From positions 1 through 32,734 of IMG/VR virus record IMGVR_UViG_3300032257_000503: a DNA stretch of 32,734 bases, one strand, 5' to 3'. Position numbers and translations under genes: made by a program. Source of the DNA: a virus (Duplodnaviria > Caudoviricetes). Positions 8,099 through 15,591 of the stretch are shown piece by piece (positions within the stretch are counted from its first letter, which is position 1; every line of letters starts with the position of its first letter). The notes beneath the pieces were generated by a model, which did not search any database, was not told where the DNA came from, and saw nothing but the letters and a program-made list of their open reading frames with translations.

Positions 8099-9132
8099 GT
8101 AATGGAAGAGCCGTTGGGTGCGATGTTGGAACAATGTTTTTTCAAGTAGCAGAAAAGTTAGATACAGATTCTTTATCCCATAAGACTGTTAGAAATGCAT
8201 TCGTTGAGCTTCCTGTTTCAGAGGATGCAGAAGATGTTCTTTTGAGAAACGGGTGGCAATATGTAAAAGATGGAGAGAATTACTATGTTATAGGCGACGA
8301 CGCTATACAGGTTGCTAATATCTTTCCAGGAAAGACAGAGATTAGAAGACCATTAGCTGACGGAGTTCTCAATAAGAGCGAAGATAAAAAACTTCTTGTC
8401 TTAGCAGAAATCATAAATCAAGCCGTTGGGCCTGCTGAAGGCGATAACTCTTGGTTATGTACATGCGTGTCTTCTGCCTCAGTGGATACTTCCCAAGATA
8501 GCGTCTTTCATAGACAAAGATTGGAAGCCTTATTCAAAAGACTTGGTTGGAATATAAAAGTCATTGAAGAGGGCCATGCTGTTATTCTATCAGAAAGACC
8601 AGTAGTTATTGAAGATGGTAAAGAAATAGCTTATAGTGGCATTGGCGTTAGTTTTGGTGCAGGCCGAGCAAATTGCGTTTTAGCATATAGAGGTTTGCCT
8701 ATTATAGGCATGAGTGTTGCTCGTAGTGGCGACTGGGTAGATAATATTGTTTCCGAACAAACAGGAATACCTATATCTCAAATTATATCAATCAAGGAAA
8801 AGAAGCTAGACTTTGACAATATAGATTATGATAGCGATGTAGAGTTTGCTTTAGACGCATATTATGATCAGCTTATAAGACATGTCTTTACTCTCTTTGG
8901 TAAAAAGTTTGCAGAAGAGAAGAGCCAATTTGACGCTCCATTAGACATTATTCTTGCAGGCGGGACATCTATGCCTAATGGATTTACTAATAAGGTTCGA
9001 AAAATCGTGGATAGTTTGAATCTTCCTTTTGAGATAAATGATGTAAGGGCAGCCAGAGATCCAAGAACGGCGGTAGTCGAGGGGCTTTATGCGGCAGCAT
9101 CGGTTGCTCAGAAAAAAGCGGCAAAAGAATAA
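8095..9132 (+). CDS. Actin-superfamily ATPase (MreB/ParM/MamK fold), volactin-like
   Basis: Phosphate-1 GCDVGTMF, VIGDDA, RRPLADG, connect-1 VIEEGHAVILSE, phosphate-2 GIGVSFGAGRAN, ARSGDWVD, IKE, adenosine IILAGGTSMPNGF, connect-2 AVVEGL. Confidence 0.92.
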   Translation: MSNGRAVGCDVGTMFFQVAEKLDTDSLSHKTVRNAFVELPVSEDAEDVLLRNGWQYVKDGENYYVIGDDAIQVANIFPGKTEIRRPLADGVLNKSEDKKLLVLAEIINQAVGPAEGDNSWLCTCVSSASVDTSQDSVFHRQRLEALFKRLGWNIKVIEEGHAVILSERPVVIEDGKEIAYSGIGVSFGAGRANCVLAYRGLPIIGMSVARSGDWVDNIVSEQTGIPISQIISIKEKKLDFDNIDYDSDVEFALDAYYDQLIRHVFTLFGKKFAEEKSQFDAPLDIILAGGTSMPNGFTNKVRKIVDSLNLPFEINDVRAARDPRTAVVEGLYAAASVAQKKAAKE

Positions 9133-9142
9133 GGGATTATAA

Positions 9143-9868
9143 ATGGGTTACGCTACACAGCAACAGATTTTAGACATATTGGCTCAGTCAATGACTTCTG
9201 CTACCAATAGTATAACAAATGGAGAGGCTTTGCCTTTACATTCTATTGGGCAGGTTGCTGATGCGAATGTTTTATCAGCAAGCGTAATCGATCAATATAT
9301 AATGTGGTCTGACGAAGAAGTCGATGGCGCTCTTAGTGAAATGTATGAGGTCCCCTTATGCGAAAAGACTGACATGGAAACAAATATTATATTCGACATA
9401 AATGAATATAACTCAGACATATCTCTATCGAAGGCAAATAACCTTGTTCCCGGAGATGTTCTTGTTTTCTTAGATGACTTACAGGAAGAAAGGCATGTTG
9501 TTGCCACTGTTGTAAATACTACCATGATTACTCTCAATGATACTGTTATTGGTCTATTCGATGCTGATGACACAAGAGTTCTTAGGGTAAAGTATCCTGC
9601 TCCAATAAGCCTTATATCTTCAAGGCTTGCTGCTGCAAACATATATGACAAGTTTTTCTCAGCAGAAGTTGCTCCGAATACGAGTGATTATGGTAAGCAC
9701 CTAAGAAGTATGGCTAGAAGAGATTTGAATAACATATTGAATGGTAGAACCGTTCTTCATGGGCAGAGGCGCATTGGTCATAGATTTATAAATGCTAACC
9801 TTAGAGATAGGTATAGATTGCCAGGCGTTACTGACCAAGATGGTAGTAGAGATATGGGTGAGTTATAA
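9143..9868 (+). CDS. Head-tail connector, Mu gp36/DUF1320-like, with an inserted beta domain
   Basis: N-terminal MGYAT, EVDGALSEMYEVPL, PAPISLISSRLAAANIY, ARRDLNNILNGRTVL. About 70 aa beta-rich insert after YEVPL. Confidence 0.7.
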   Translation: MGYATQQQILDILAQSMTSATNSITNGEALPLHSIGQVADANVLSASVIDQYIMWSDEEVDGALSEMYEVPLCEKTDMETNIIFDINEYNSDISLSKANNLVPGDVLVFLDDLQEERHVVATVVNTTMITLNDTVIGLFDADDTRVLRVKYPAPISLISSRLAAANIYDKFFSAEVAPNTSDYGKHLRSMARRDLNNILNGRTVLHGQRRIGHRFINANLRDRYRLPGVTDQDGSRDMGEL

Positions 9869-10122
9869 TGGAAGAGTGGGATGAATTTTTTGCAGCTCTC
9901 AATAAGCTAAAAATGGCAGAAGGTTCTAATTTTAATATAGGATCTTTCCCTTCCCCTATGGAAACTGTTTTATCAAAATCTCAAGAAGAAGCAATAAGGC
10001 GAGGTAACTTTGATTCCATTATGAGAGGTCAGAGTATTCAAGTCAAGACAGATGAAATATCAAAGGTAGAAGAAGAATTGATAAATGATTTTGCGGAAGA
10101 CCTCATTGATAAGTTGCTTTAA
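9868..10122 (+). CDS. Hypothetical small acidic protein (84 aa)
   Basis: TAATG stop-start coupling with the upstream gene. Lies in the neck region. Confidence 0.75.
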   Translation: MEEWDEFFAALNKLKMAEGSNFNIGSFPSPMETVLSKSQEEAIRRGNFDSIMRGQSIQVKTDEISKVEEELINDFAEDLIDKLL

Positions 10123-10124
10123 TT

Positions 10125-11045
10125 ATGAATAGACCTACTATCGAATTGCTAGAATCTGTAAGGCGTATTATTGCCAGGTGGGTCAATACGCAAACTCCAT
10201 TAACAGCAGATGTTGCTCAAGGCGGAACTACTCTTAGTGTGCAGACTACTTCTCGTTGGGAAGCAGGAGATGAGCTAGCTATTATAGATTGGGAAAGAAG
10301 CATTTTTGAACCAAAGCTTATTGTATCTGAAGTTGTTGACAATACTACTTTGGAACTTTCTACTCCAATAATGGTCAACAATGGTTGGACTGTATCTCAA
10401 AATGCTGTTATTAGAAAAACTTTCGATGGTAAAATAATGGAAGGGATCTATATTGGAGATCCTGCTGTTATAGCTCACTATCCCGCTATCTCAATAATGG
10501 AAAATACCAAATCTTCGAACTGGGAAGCAATAAGTCTCACAAAAGAAGATCACAAAATACAGATTTCAGCATTCATAAAAGCTTCTACTAATGAAGCCAG
10601 CTATAGACAGCTTCTCAGATTGACAGACACTATTGAGAGAGGTTTGAAAAATAACTTCTATCCTCTTGTTGGGCCTTTTGATACGATAGAAGTTACAGCT
10701 CCGATTGTTGCTGGCGATAGATTCATAAAAGTTGCAGATACAAGTCTTCTTGAACCATCAAGGCATATATTGCTAGATAGCCTTCATAGGTCTGAAGAGT
10801 CAGCGGTAAAGTGTGTTGTTGATGCAACTACTATAGAGATTCATGCTCCATTCTCTAATAGCTATCCGCTAATTGATCTGCCAACAATCATAAAGATGAC
10901 AAGATTCTTTTATAATTCGTGGCCATCCAGCATTAACTACGGACTTGTTCACAAAGGTTCGTTGCTTCATGCTTCTACTATAGATTACTTCGCTTGGGAA
11001 GCAGAAGTTCAGGAAGATGGCGGTTGGATTGACCCACAAATGTAA
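10125..11045 (+). CDS. Putative tail terminator/completion protein with two inserted beta domains
   Basis: Core IYIGDP..YPAISIME..IQISAFIK..YRQLLRLTDTIERGLK resembles gpU/gp37-type terminators. Lies between connector and tube. Two inserts of the LTADVAQGGTTLSV type. Confidence 0.6.
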   Translation: MNRPTIELLESVRRIIARWVNTQTPLTADVAQGGTTLSVQTTSRWEAGDELAIIDWERSIFEPKLIVSEVVDNTTLELSTPIMVNNGWTVSQNAVIRKTFDGKIMEGIYIGDPAVIAHYPAISIMENTKSSNWEAISLTKEDHKIQISAFIKASTNEASYRQLLRLTDTIERGLKNNFYPLVGPFDTIEVTAPIVAGDRFIKVADTSLLEPSRHILLDSLHRSEESAVKCVVDATTIEIHAPFSNSYPLIDLPTIIKMTRFFYNSWPSSINYGLVHKGSLLHASTIDYFAWEAEVQEDGGWIDPQM

Positions 11046-11063
11046 TCTTATAGGTCACTATTT

Positions 11064-11070
11064 GACGATA
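11064..11070 (+). promoter_or_regulatory. GNCGATA motif, copy 3
   Basis: GACGATA in the 43-nt gap, ahead of the GGAGG SD of the glycosyltransferase. Confidence 0.5.
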
Positions 11071-11088
11071 TATTGTTGGAGGTAATCA

Positions 11089-12300
11089 ATGAAGATTCTT
11101 ACAGTTAGCGCATCGCCTTATTTATTAGTTAGAAATGGTAGAATGAATTCTGCTATTATCCAAAAGCTCAAAAGCGATGGCCATGATGTCTACACGGCAG
11201 CGTGGCATCACGATGAGGGTTTCTTTTTACCAGAAGAGGCAGGCACTCATTGGTTTGAAAAGGATGACAAAAAGATCTGTCAAGTATTTCCGATAGAGCC
11301 GCATATTCATGGTTCTTCTGGATTGTACGAACTAATGAAGCAAGTCCAGCCAGATATGATTATTTCCATTGGAGATTACAAGGAGACAGATTTTATTTGG
11401 GAAGTAAAGGCTATGTACCCAAACTTGTTCAAATGGTTAGCGATATTCTGCATTGACTGTCTATATGTAAATGAAAACCATAAGTCATTTTTGGAATATA
11501 CTGACAAAGTTATTTCAGTAAACGAATTCGGCATGGCTAACTTATCAGGGATGGCTAATCTAGATATAGATTTCTTACCATATGGGCCTAATCATGATGT
11601 ATTTTTCGGAGAAAATAAAGTAAATGAAAAGGTAATGAGAGTTATTTGTTCATCTCATAATGCTCAATCCAATAATATTGCAGCTTTTATTAAGTCAATG
11701 GGGCAAATAAATTCTACTCTATCAATAAACGGAGAAGAAGACTCTATAATAGGATACCTTCATACCAACTTGTATGACCCAGGAGAATACGAAATAGAAC
11801 TTCTTATGGAAAGATACGGAGCTTCAAACGTTATGCTTCCTGATAAGTTTGTTTCAGTAAAAGATAGTATATCTGATGAGGAAATGAATGAAGAATATAA
11901 CAAGTCTCATGTCTTTGTAGATTGCTCAGTAAAATCAGCTACAGGACTAACTATGTTGGAGGCAATGGCTGCTGGTTGCATACCAGTGGGTATAAATAGC
12001 GGTAGAACGGCAGAGATAATAAGTCAAATGCCAGAAGAGTATCAGTTCTTCGTGCCTCATGAGACCTATATAGGCAATTCAGAAGAAGAATTTTCTGTTA
12101 TTTCAATAGAAGGATTAGGAAAGACTTTGTTGGAAATAAAAGAAAGAGTATTCAGTAATCCTGATTCTATGGCCATTGCCACTGAAGCTGCTCAAAAAAT
12201 ATCAAAAAAATATGATGAAAAAGCCTTTACTGATAGTATATCAGATATCATTATTGATGTAAAAAAATCAAAAGATGAAATAGCAATTGAGTCTTTCTGA
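11089..12300 (+). CDS. GT-B fold glycosyltransferase (GT4-like)
   Basis: MKILTVS start, LKSDGHDV, QVQPDMII, PYGPNHDVF, EMNEEYNKSHVFVDCSVKSATGLTMLEAMAAGCIPV. Confidence 0.88.
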   Translation: MKILTVSASPYLLVRNGRMNSAIIQKLKSDGHDVYTAAWHHDEGFFLPEEAGTHWFEKDDKKICQVFPIEPHIHGSSGLYELMKQVQPDMIISIGDYKETDFIWEVKAMYPNLFKWLAIFCIDCLYVNENHKSFLEYTDKVISVNEFGMANLSGMANLDIDFLPYGPNHDVFFGENKVNEKVMRVICSSHNAQSNNIAAFIKSMGQINSTLSINGEEDSIIGYLHTNLYDPGEYEIELLMERYGASNVMLPDKFVSVKDSISDEEMNEEYNKSHVFVDCSVKSATGLTMLEAMAAGCIPVGINSGRTAEIISQMPEEYQFFVPHETYIGNSEEEFSVISIEGLGKTLLEIKERVFSNPDSMAIATEAAQKISKKYDEKAFTDSISDIIIDVKKSKDEIAIESF

Positions 12301-12318
12301 GAATTTATATTCTTTAAG

Positions 12319-12345
12319 AAGGAATTTGCTCTCAGAAGCGTGAAA
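12319..12345 (+). promoter_or_regulatory. AAGGA-N17-TGAAA promoter-like motif, copy 3
   Basis: AAGGA 12319-12323 and TGAAAT at 12341, upstream of the tail tube operon. Embedded in the inverted repeat TTCTGAGA(12295)/TCTCAGAA(12330). Confidence 0.5.
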
Positions 12346-12365
12346 TCTAATAACAGCCAAGCAAG

Positions 12366-12403
12366 AAAAGCAGGGTTGTATAGTTTGCAGCCTTCCAGCT
12401 TTT
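12366..12403 (+). other. 5'-leader hairpin
   Basis: AAAAGC-AGGGTTGTA-tagtt-TGCAGCCTT-cca-GCTTTT pairs when G-U pairs are allowed. Confidence 0.55.
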
Positions 12404-12433
12404 ATAGCAAGGAACTTTTGAGGAGAACAGCGA

Positions 12434-12805
12434 ATGTCAAGTGTCATTTCAGGTACAAATTATGAGCAAGTCGCTACGCAATATGCAAATGCTAGGAACT
12501 CTGTTCTTTCATCTGTCAGCTATCTTTTTGATGCGGTCTACACGATTGTTACTCTCGATGAGATAGAACCATCAGTAGACCTTCTGACAGAATTTTGGAA
12601 CAGTTATCAGATAAACTCGGATCTATTTAGAAACCCAGTTACCTTCCTTTCTGCTGTTCGTAGAATAAATAACCATGTAATCAATAGGTCAATATATACA
12701 ACCCTTGATTTATGGATGGCCGCAGAGGGAGTTAATATTCCTGAAGCATGGGCAGATCTAAGCAACGCTGCTGGATATACAATCGACCCGTCTAGAATCT
12801 TATAA
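12434..12805 (+). CDS. Hypothetical helical protein (123 aa), probably structural
   Basis: Strong SD GAGGAG. Directly precedes the tail tube gene. Confidence 0.8.
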   Translation: MSSVISGTNYEQVATQYANARNSVLSSVSYLFDAVYTIVTLDEIEPSVDLLTEFWNSYQINSDLFRNPVTFLSAVRRINNHVINRSIYTTLDLWMAAEGVNIPEAWADLSNAAGYTIDPSRIL

Positions 12806-12858
12806 TATGGGTAAGTCGTTTGAGAACGTTTTTATATACACACGAGGAGTCAAGGTAA

Positions 12859-13923
12859 ATGCCTAATCCACAAGCAAAAATGGGATATGTTGGTAGTGTT
12901 ACTTTTCTTGGTACTACCGCAGGAAATATTAGAGTAAGAGCAACAAGTTGTGATGTAAAGGCCAGCCAGGCTATTACCGCCCCTGACGTTGTTGACGGAA
13001 AAATTGATAGGACTCTCTACCAGTTAGGGCCTCGTATTGTAGAAGGTACTGTAGCTTTTCCTATGGTTCATGAAGGCATTACAGGAATTGCTTCTGGTCG
13101 AGATTGCGATCAGTTGACAAGTGAAACTCTTGGTCAAGCATTCTGGAAAATCGGAGCGCAAAGAGATCCATTTGGTAGATTATTGAATCAGTTTGACTTG
13201 CAAGTTAGATATACAGATGATACTCACTTCAAATACCCAACATGTATTGTAAACACAATGACTCTTTCCGTTACTCAAAGCGATAACGTAAATATGAGTC
13301 TTAGCGTAATTGGTGGAGCTGACTCTACAGATGATGTTCGTCAGCCATCAGATAATATCAATCCAGAATTCCTATCTCCAGCTAGAGTTGTTACATGGAA
13401 TGACTTCTTGATTAGAATTTACGGAGATAATCTTGAAACAGAACCTATCCGTGGAGACTATCTAAGAAGTTTTGAAGTAACTGTCAACAACAATGCTGAA
13501 AGATTCTTTACTTTGAATAACAAACTAGCTCCTCAGGACATTACTGCCAAGAAGAGAGAGATAAACGGTAGAATGGTCCTTATGGGAAGAAATATCGGAT
13601 TATCCGAATTGGCTTATAATAACCAAGAAAGATTTACTTCAACTGCTAGAATAGCTTTTGGATATTCATTGGGAGCAGCAGGTTCTGTTGCCTTCATGAC
13701 AGCTCTTCATGGCGTTGTATTCGAAATTGAAGAAATAGCGATATCTAATGAACTTATTGAGACAACAGTTCCGTTTATGGCTCTTGCAGATTGTGAGAAT
13801 GGCTATGAGGCAACTGAAATCGGTTCGCAAGGAACAAGTTTGCCAACTGGCTCAAACTTCTCGCCTGGCTTGTTTGGAGGCAGAACTTCTGCTGGATTCC
13901 CAAACTGGGCTCCTGACGACTAA
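12859..13923 (+). CDS. Major tail (tube) protein
   Basis: SD GAGGAG. Beta-rich tandem tube-like pattern (GPRIVEGTVAFPM, FKYPTCIVNTMTLSV, LRSFEVTVNNN, KKREINGRM). Followed by chaperones and the tape measure gene. Confidence 0.85.
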   Translation: MPNPQAKMGYVGSVTFLGTTAGNIRVRATSCDVKASQAITAPDVVDGKIDRTLYQLGPRIVEGTVAFPMVHEGITGIASGRDCDQLTSETLGQAFWKIGAQRDPFGRLLNQFDLQVRYTDDTHFKYPTCIVNTMTLSVTQSDNVNMSLSVIGGADSTDDVRQPSDNINPEFLSPARVVTWNDFLIRIYGDNLETEPIRGDYLRSFEVTVNNNAERFFTLNNKLAPQDITAKKREINGRMVLMGRNIGLSELAYNNQERFTSTARIAFGYSLGAAGSVAFMTALHGVVFEIEEIAISNELIETTVPFMALADCENGYEATEIGSQGTSLPTGSNFSPGLFGGRTSAGFPNWAPDD

Positions 13924-13925
13924 AC

Positions 13926-13947
13926 CGCTGTTGTTATCTAGACAGCG
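13926..13947 (+). terminator. Hairpin directly after the tail tube stop (possible weak terminator or 3' stabiliser)
   Basis: CGCTGTT-gttatcta-GACAGCG. No U-tract. Confidence 0.35.
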
Positions 13948-13948
13948 T

Positions 13949-13955
13949 GTCGATA
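13949..13955 (+). promoter_or_regulatory. GNCGATA motif, copy 4
   Basis: GTCGATAA upstream of the chaperone gene. Confidence 0.5.
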
Positions 13956-13971
13956 AATACATTATAAGAAA

Positions 13972-14012
13972 ATATAGCAGCCCATCGTTTGTACGATTGG
14001 GCATTGCTATGT
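13972..14012 (+). other. Bulged leader hairpin upstream of the chaperone SD
   Basis: ATAGCA-GCCCA-TCGT-ttgt-ACGA-t-TGGGC-at-TGCTAT. Confidence 0.65.
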
Positions 14013-14031
14013 TATATGAAAAGGAGAAGAT

Positions 14032-14475
14032 ATGCCGTCAGATTTACTAATGACTGGAGCCGAAGATCTTATTGAAGTAGATATCTACTACAAAGCACGC
14101 AGAAACGAGTCAGGATTCCGCTCACACACCATTTTATCAGAAGATGAGGGTAAGAAGGCTATGGAGGCAGAAGATGAAGGTGTAGACGTTTTATCTACCA
14201 AATGGTCAGCTCAAACATGGCAGCTAAATAATAGCATCATGAAAGAGTCTACAAATTATAATAAAATTTCCGGAAATCAAGATGTTGACTGGACCGCTTA
14301 TCAAAATAAGATGATTCAATATTGCTTGAGAGAATGGAATGTAACGCTACCAGATGGGACACCTGTTCCTCCAACTGTTGATAACGTTGGTATGATGCCT
14401 GCAAATATCGTAGCTTCTCTAATAAAGAAGTATGATGCGTCTATGAAGGTAGACGAAGAAGAAAAAAAAGAGTAA
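14032..14475 (+). CDS. Tail assembly chaperone (lambda gpG-like, short form)
   Basis: SD AAGGAG. Lies between tube and TMP. CLREWNVTLPDGTPVPPTVDNV motif. Ends in a slippery A8 run. Confidence 0.85.
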   Translation: MPSDLLMTGAEDLIEVDIYYKARRNESGFRSHTILSEDEGKKAMEAEDEGVDVLSTKWSAQTWQLNNSIMKESTNYNKISGNQDVDWTAYQNKMIQYCLREWNVTLPDGTPVPPTVDNVGMMPANIVASLIKKYDASMKVDEEEKKE

Positions 14476-14681
14476 TTCGGGCGGCAGCAGATCTGTTTAA
14501 GGGAGACCTGATTGACCAATCAAAGATTCCAGATGGATTAGCGGAATTTATGTTCGCCTCGGAATATGGATGGACACTCCAAGAAATCCGAAGGCTTCCC
14601 CCGGTTGACTTTAAACAACATTTAGGCATTCTTATTGTTAGATATAGAATGGAAGCAATAAGCAGAAGTGCTTCATTATAG
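14460..14681 (+). CDS. -1 frame extension of the tail assembly chaperone (gpGT-like)
   Basis: The -1 frame is open from the A run to TAG 14679-14681 and reads RVIRAAADLFKGDLIDQSKIPDGLAEFMFASEYGWTLQEIRRLPPVDFKQHLGILIVRYRMEAISRSASL*. YGWTxxEIxxL is typical of such extensions. Confidence 0.85.
   Translation, partial: RKKRVIRAAADLFKGDLIDQSKIPDGLAEFMFASEYGWTLQEIRRLPPVDFKQHLGILIVRYRMEAISRSASL
14461..14470 (+). other. Programmed -1 ribosomal frameshift site (GAA AAA AAA G)
   Basis: In-frame heptamer A AAA AAA, one codon before the stop. Confidence 0.8.
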
Positions 14682-14701
14682 CACAGAAGAGGTTTTTAGA
14701 T

Positions 14702-15181
14702 ATGAGTAAATTATTTGTAACAGAAAACGACGAGGTAGTTATCGATCTATATGTTTCAGAAAATTCAAGCGGTAATACTATTGCTTGGACGAAGGATGAA
14801 GATAGACCTGAAAATGTAGAACAAGTAGAAAAATACAGCGCTACATTTCGTCAACCAAACTACAAAGACACTGTAGAACTTTTAGATATAGCTACTAGGA
14901 CAGATGTAAACGGAGATTTTGCAGTAAATCTTGGGTCTATTAGAATGCATAGAATTGTAATGCTTATTAAGACTTGGGATTTTGTTGATGAAAATGGAGC
15001 AACAGTAGAACCCACTATTGACTTTGTTATATCACTAAATCCCATAGTTGCTATGGCCCTTGCTGATGGGCTTGAACGGGGATTAAACTTGTTCGACGAT
15101 TCAGATGAAGATAACCTAGCTAATGCTAAGGATTTCTTGGCAAAAGCAGCAGAATTATCAGAATTAGAAGATAAAAACTAA
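14702..15181 (+). CDS. Second tail assembly chaperone paralog
   Basis: LFVTENDEVVIDLY is similar to LLMTGAEDLIEVDIY. LIKTWDFVDENGATVEPTIDFVISLNPIVA is similar to CLREWNVTLPDGTPVPPTVDNVGMMPANIV. Confidence 0.75.
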   Translation: MSKLFVTENDEVVIDLYVSENSSGNTIAWTKDEDRPENVEQVEKYSATFRQPNYKDTVELLDIATRTDVNGDFAVNLGSIRMHRIVMLIKTWDFVDENGATVEPTIDFVISLNPIVAMALADGLERGLNLFDDSDEDNLANAKDFLAKAAELSELEDKN

Positions 15182-15213
15182 TCACATACGATTGTATTTT
15201 TGCATCATTCAAT

Positions 15214-15480
15214 ATGGAAAATGATAATCTTTCAATCTTAGACTTTGCTTTAGGGGCGATAATCGCCATTGTTTATTGGGCATCTCATGTCGGAGAGATC
15301 TTCTCCGGTGCTTCAGATTCCCTTTTTGGCTCGCTTTTTGCTCTTTTCTTGTACTTTGGCGGTATAATCGTGGTGTATGTAGTATTTGTACTATTATGCA
15401 TACTTTGTCCGCTAACAAGATTCTTGCCCTGCATTTTTGGCGGAATCGCTACTTGCTTGTTTTTGTCGATGTTTATTTGA
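15214..15480 (+). CDS. Small membrane protein (88 aa, about 3 hydrophobic segments)
   Basis: Highly hydrophobic ORF filling the chaperone-TMP gap. No clear SD. Confidence 0.55.
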   Translation: MENDNLSILDFALGAIIAIVYWASHVGEIFSGASDSLFGSLFALFLYFGGIIVVYVVFVLLCILCPLTRFLPCIFGGIATCLFLSMFI

Positions 15481-15510
15481 AGATTTGATACCTGTTGTAA
15501 AAAAGAATAG

Positions 15511-15528
15511 AAGGGTCTAACCCTTTTT
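15511..15528 (+). terminator. Short intrinsic-terminator-like hairpin
   Basis: AAGGG-tctaa-CCCTT followed by TTT, with an A-tract upstream. Confidence 0.4.
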
Positions 15529-15537
15529 ATGCCGAAA
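15511..15537 (+). promoter_or_regulatory. AAGGG-N17-CGAAA promoter-like motif, copy 4
   Basis: Upstream of the TMP gene. Followed by hairpin CAATACT-ttt-AGTATTG (15550-15566). Confidence 0.45.
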
Positions 15538-15591
15538 TACTTGTAGAAGCAATACTTTTAGTATTGAGTTTTTTAGTATAAAGGCTATTCT

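Noticed and set aside
8095-9132. Inferring a haloarchaeal host from the volactin resemblance
   Set aside because: Low GC, Lys/Ile/Asn-rich non-structural proteins and sigma-like promoter motifs do not fit haloarchaea. The host is left unassigned.
7321-9142. Classical type II ParMRC partition locus
   Set aside because: No centromere-like repeat array nearby, no ribbon-helix-helix motif recognised, and the actin motifs are not ParM-like.
12409-12435. Additional AAGGA-N17-CGAAT match
   Set aside because: Its downstream box overlaps the start codon at 12434, so it could not transcribe that gene. Treated as chance or unresolved.
12822-12833. CGTT-tgag-AACG followed by a T run, as a terminator before the tube gene
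   Set aside because: A 4-bp stem is too weak to call.
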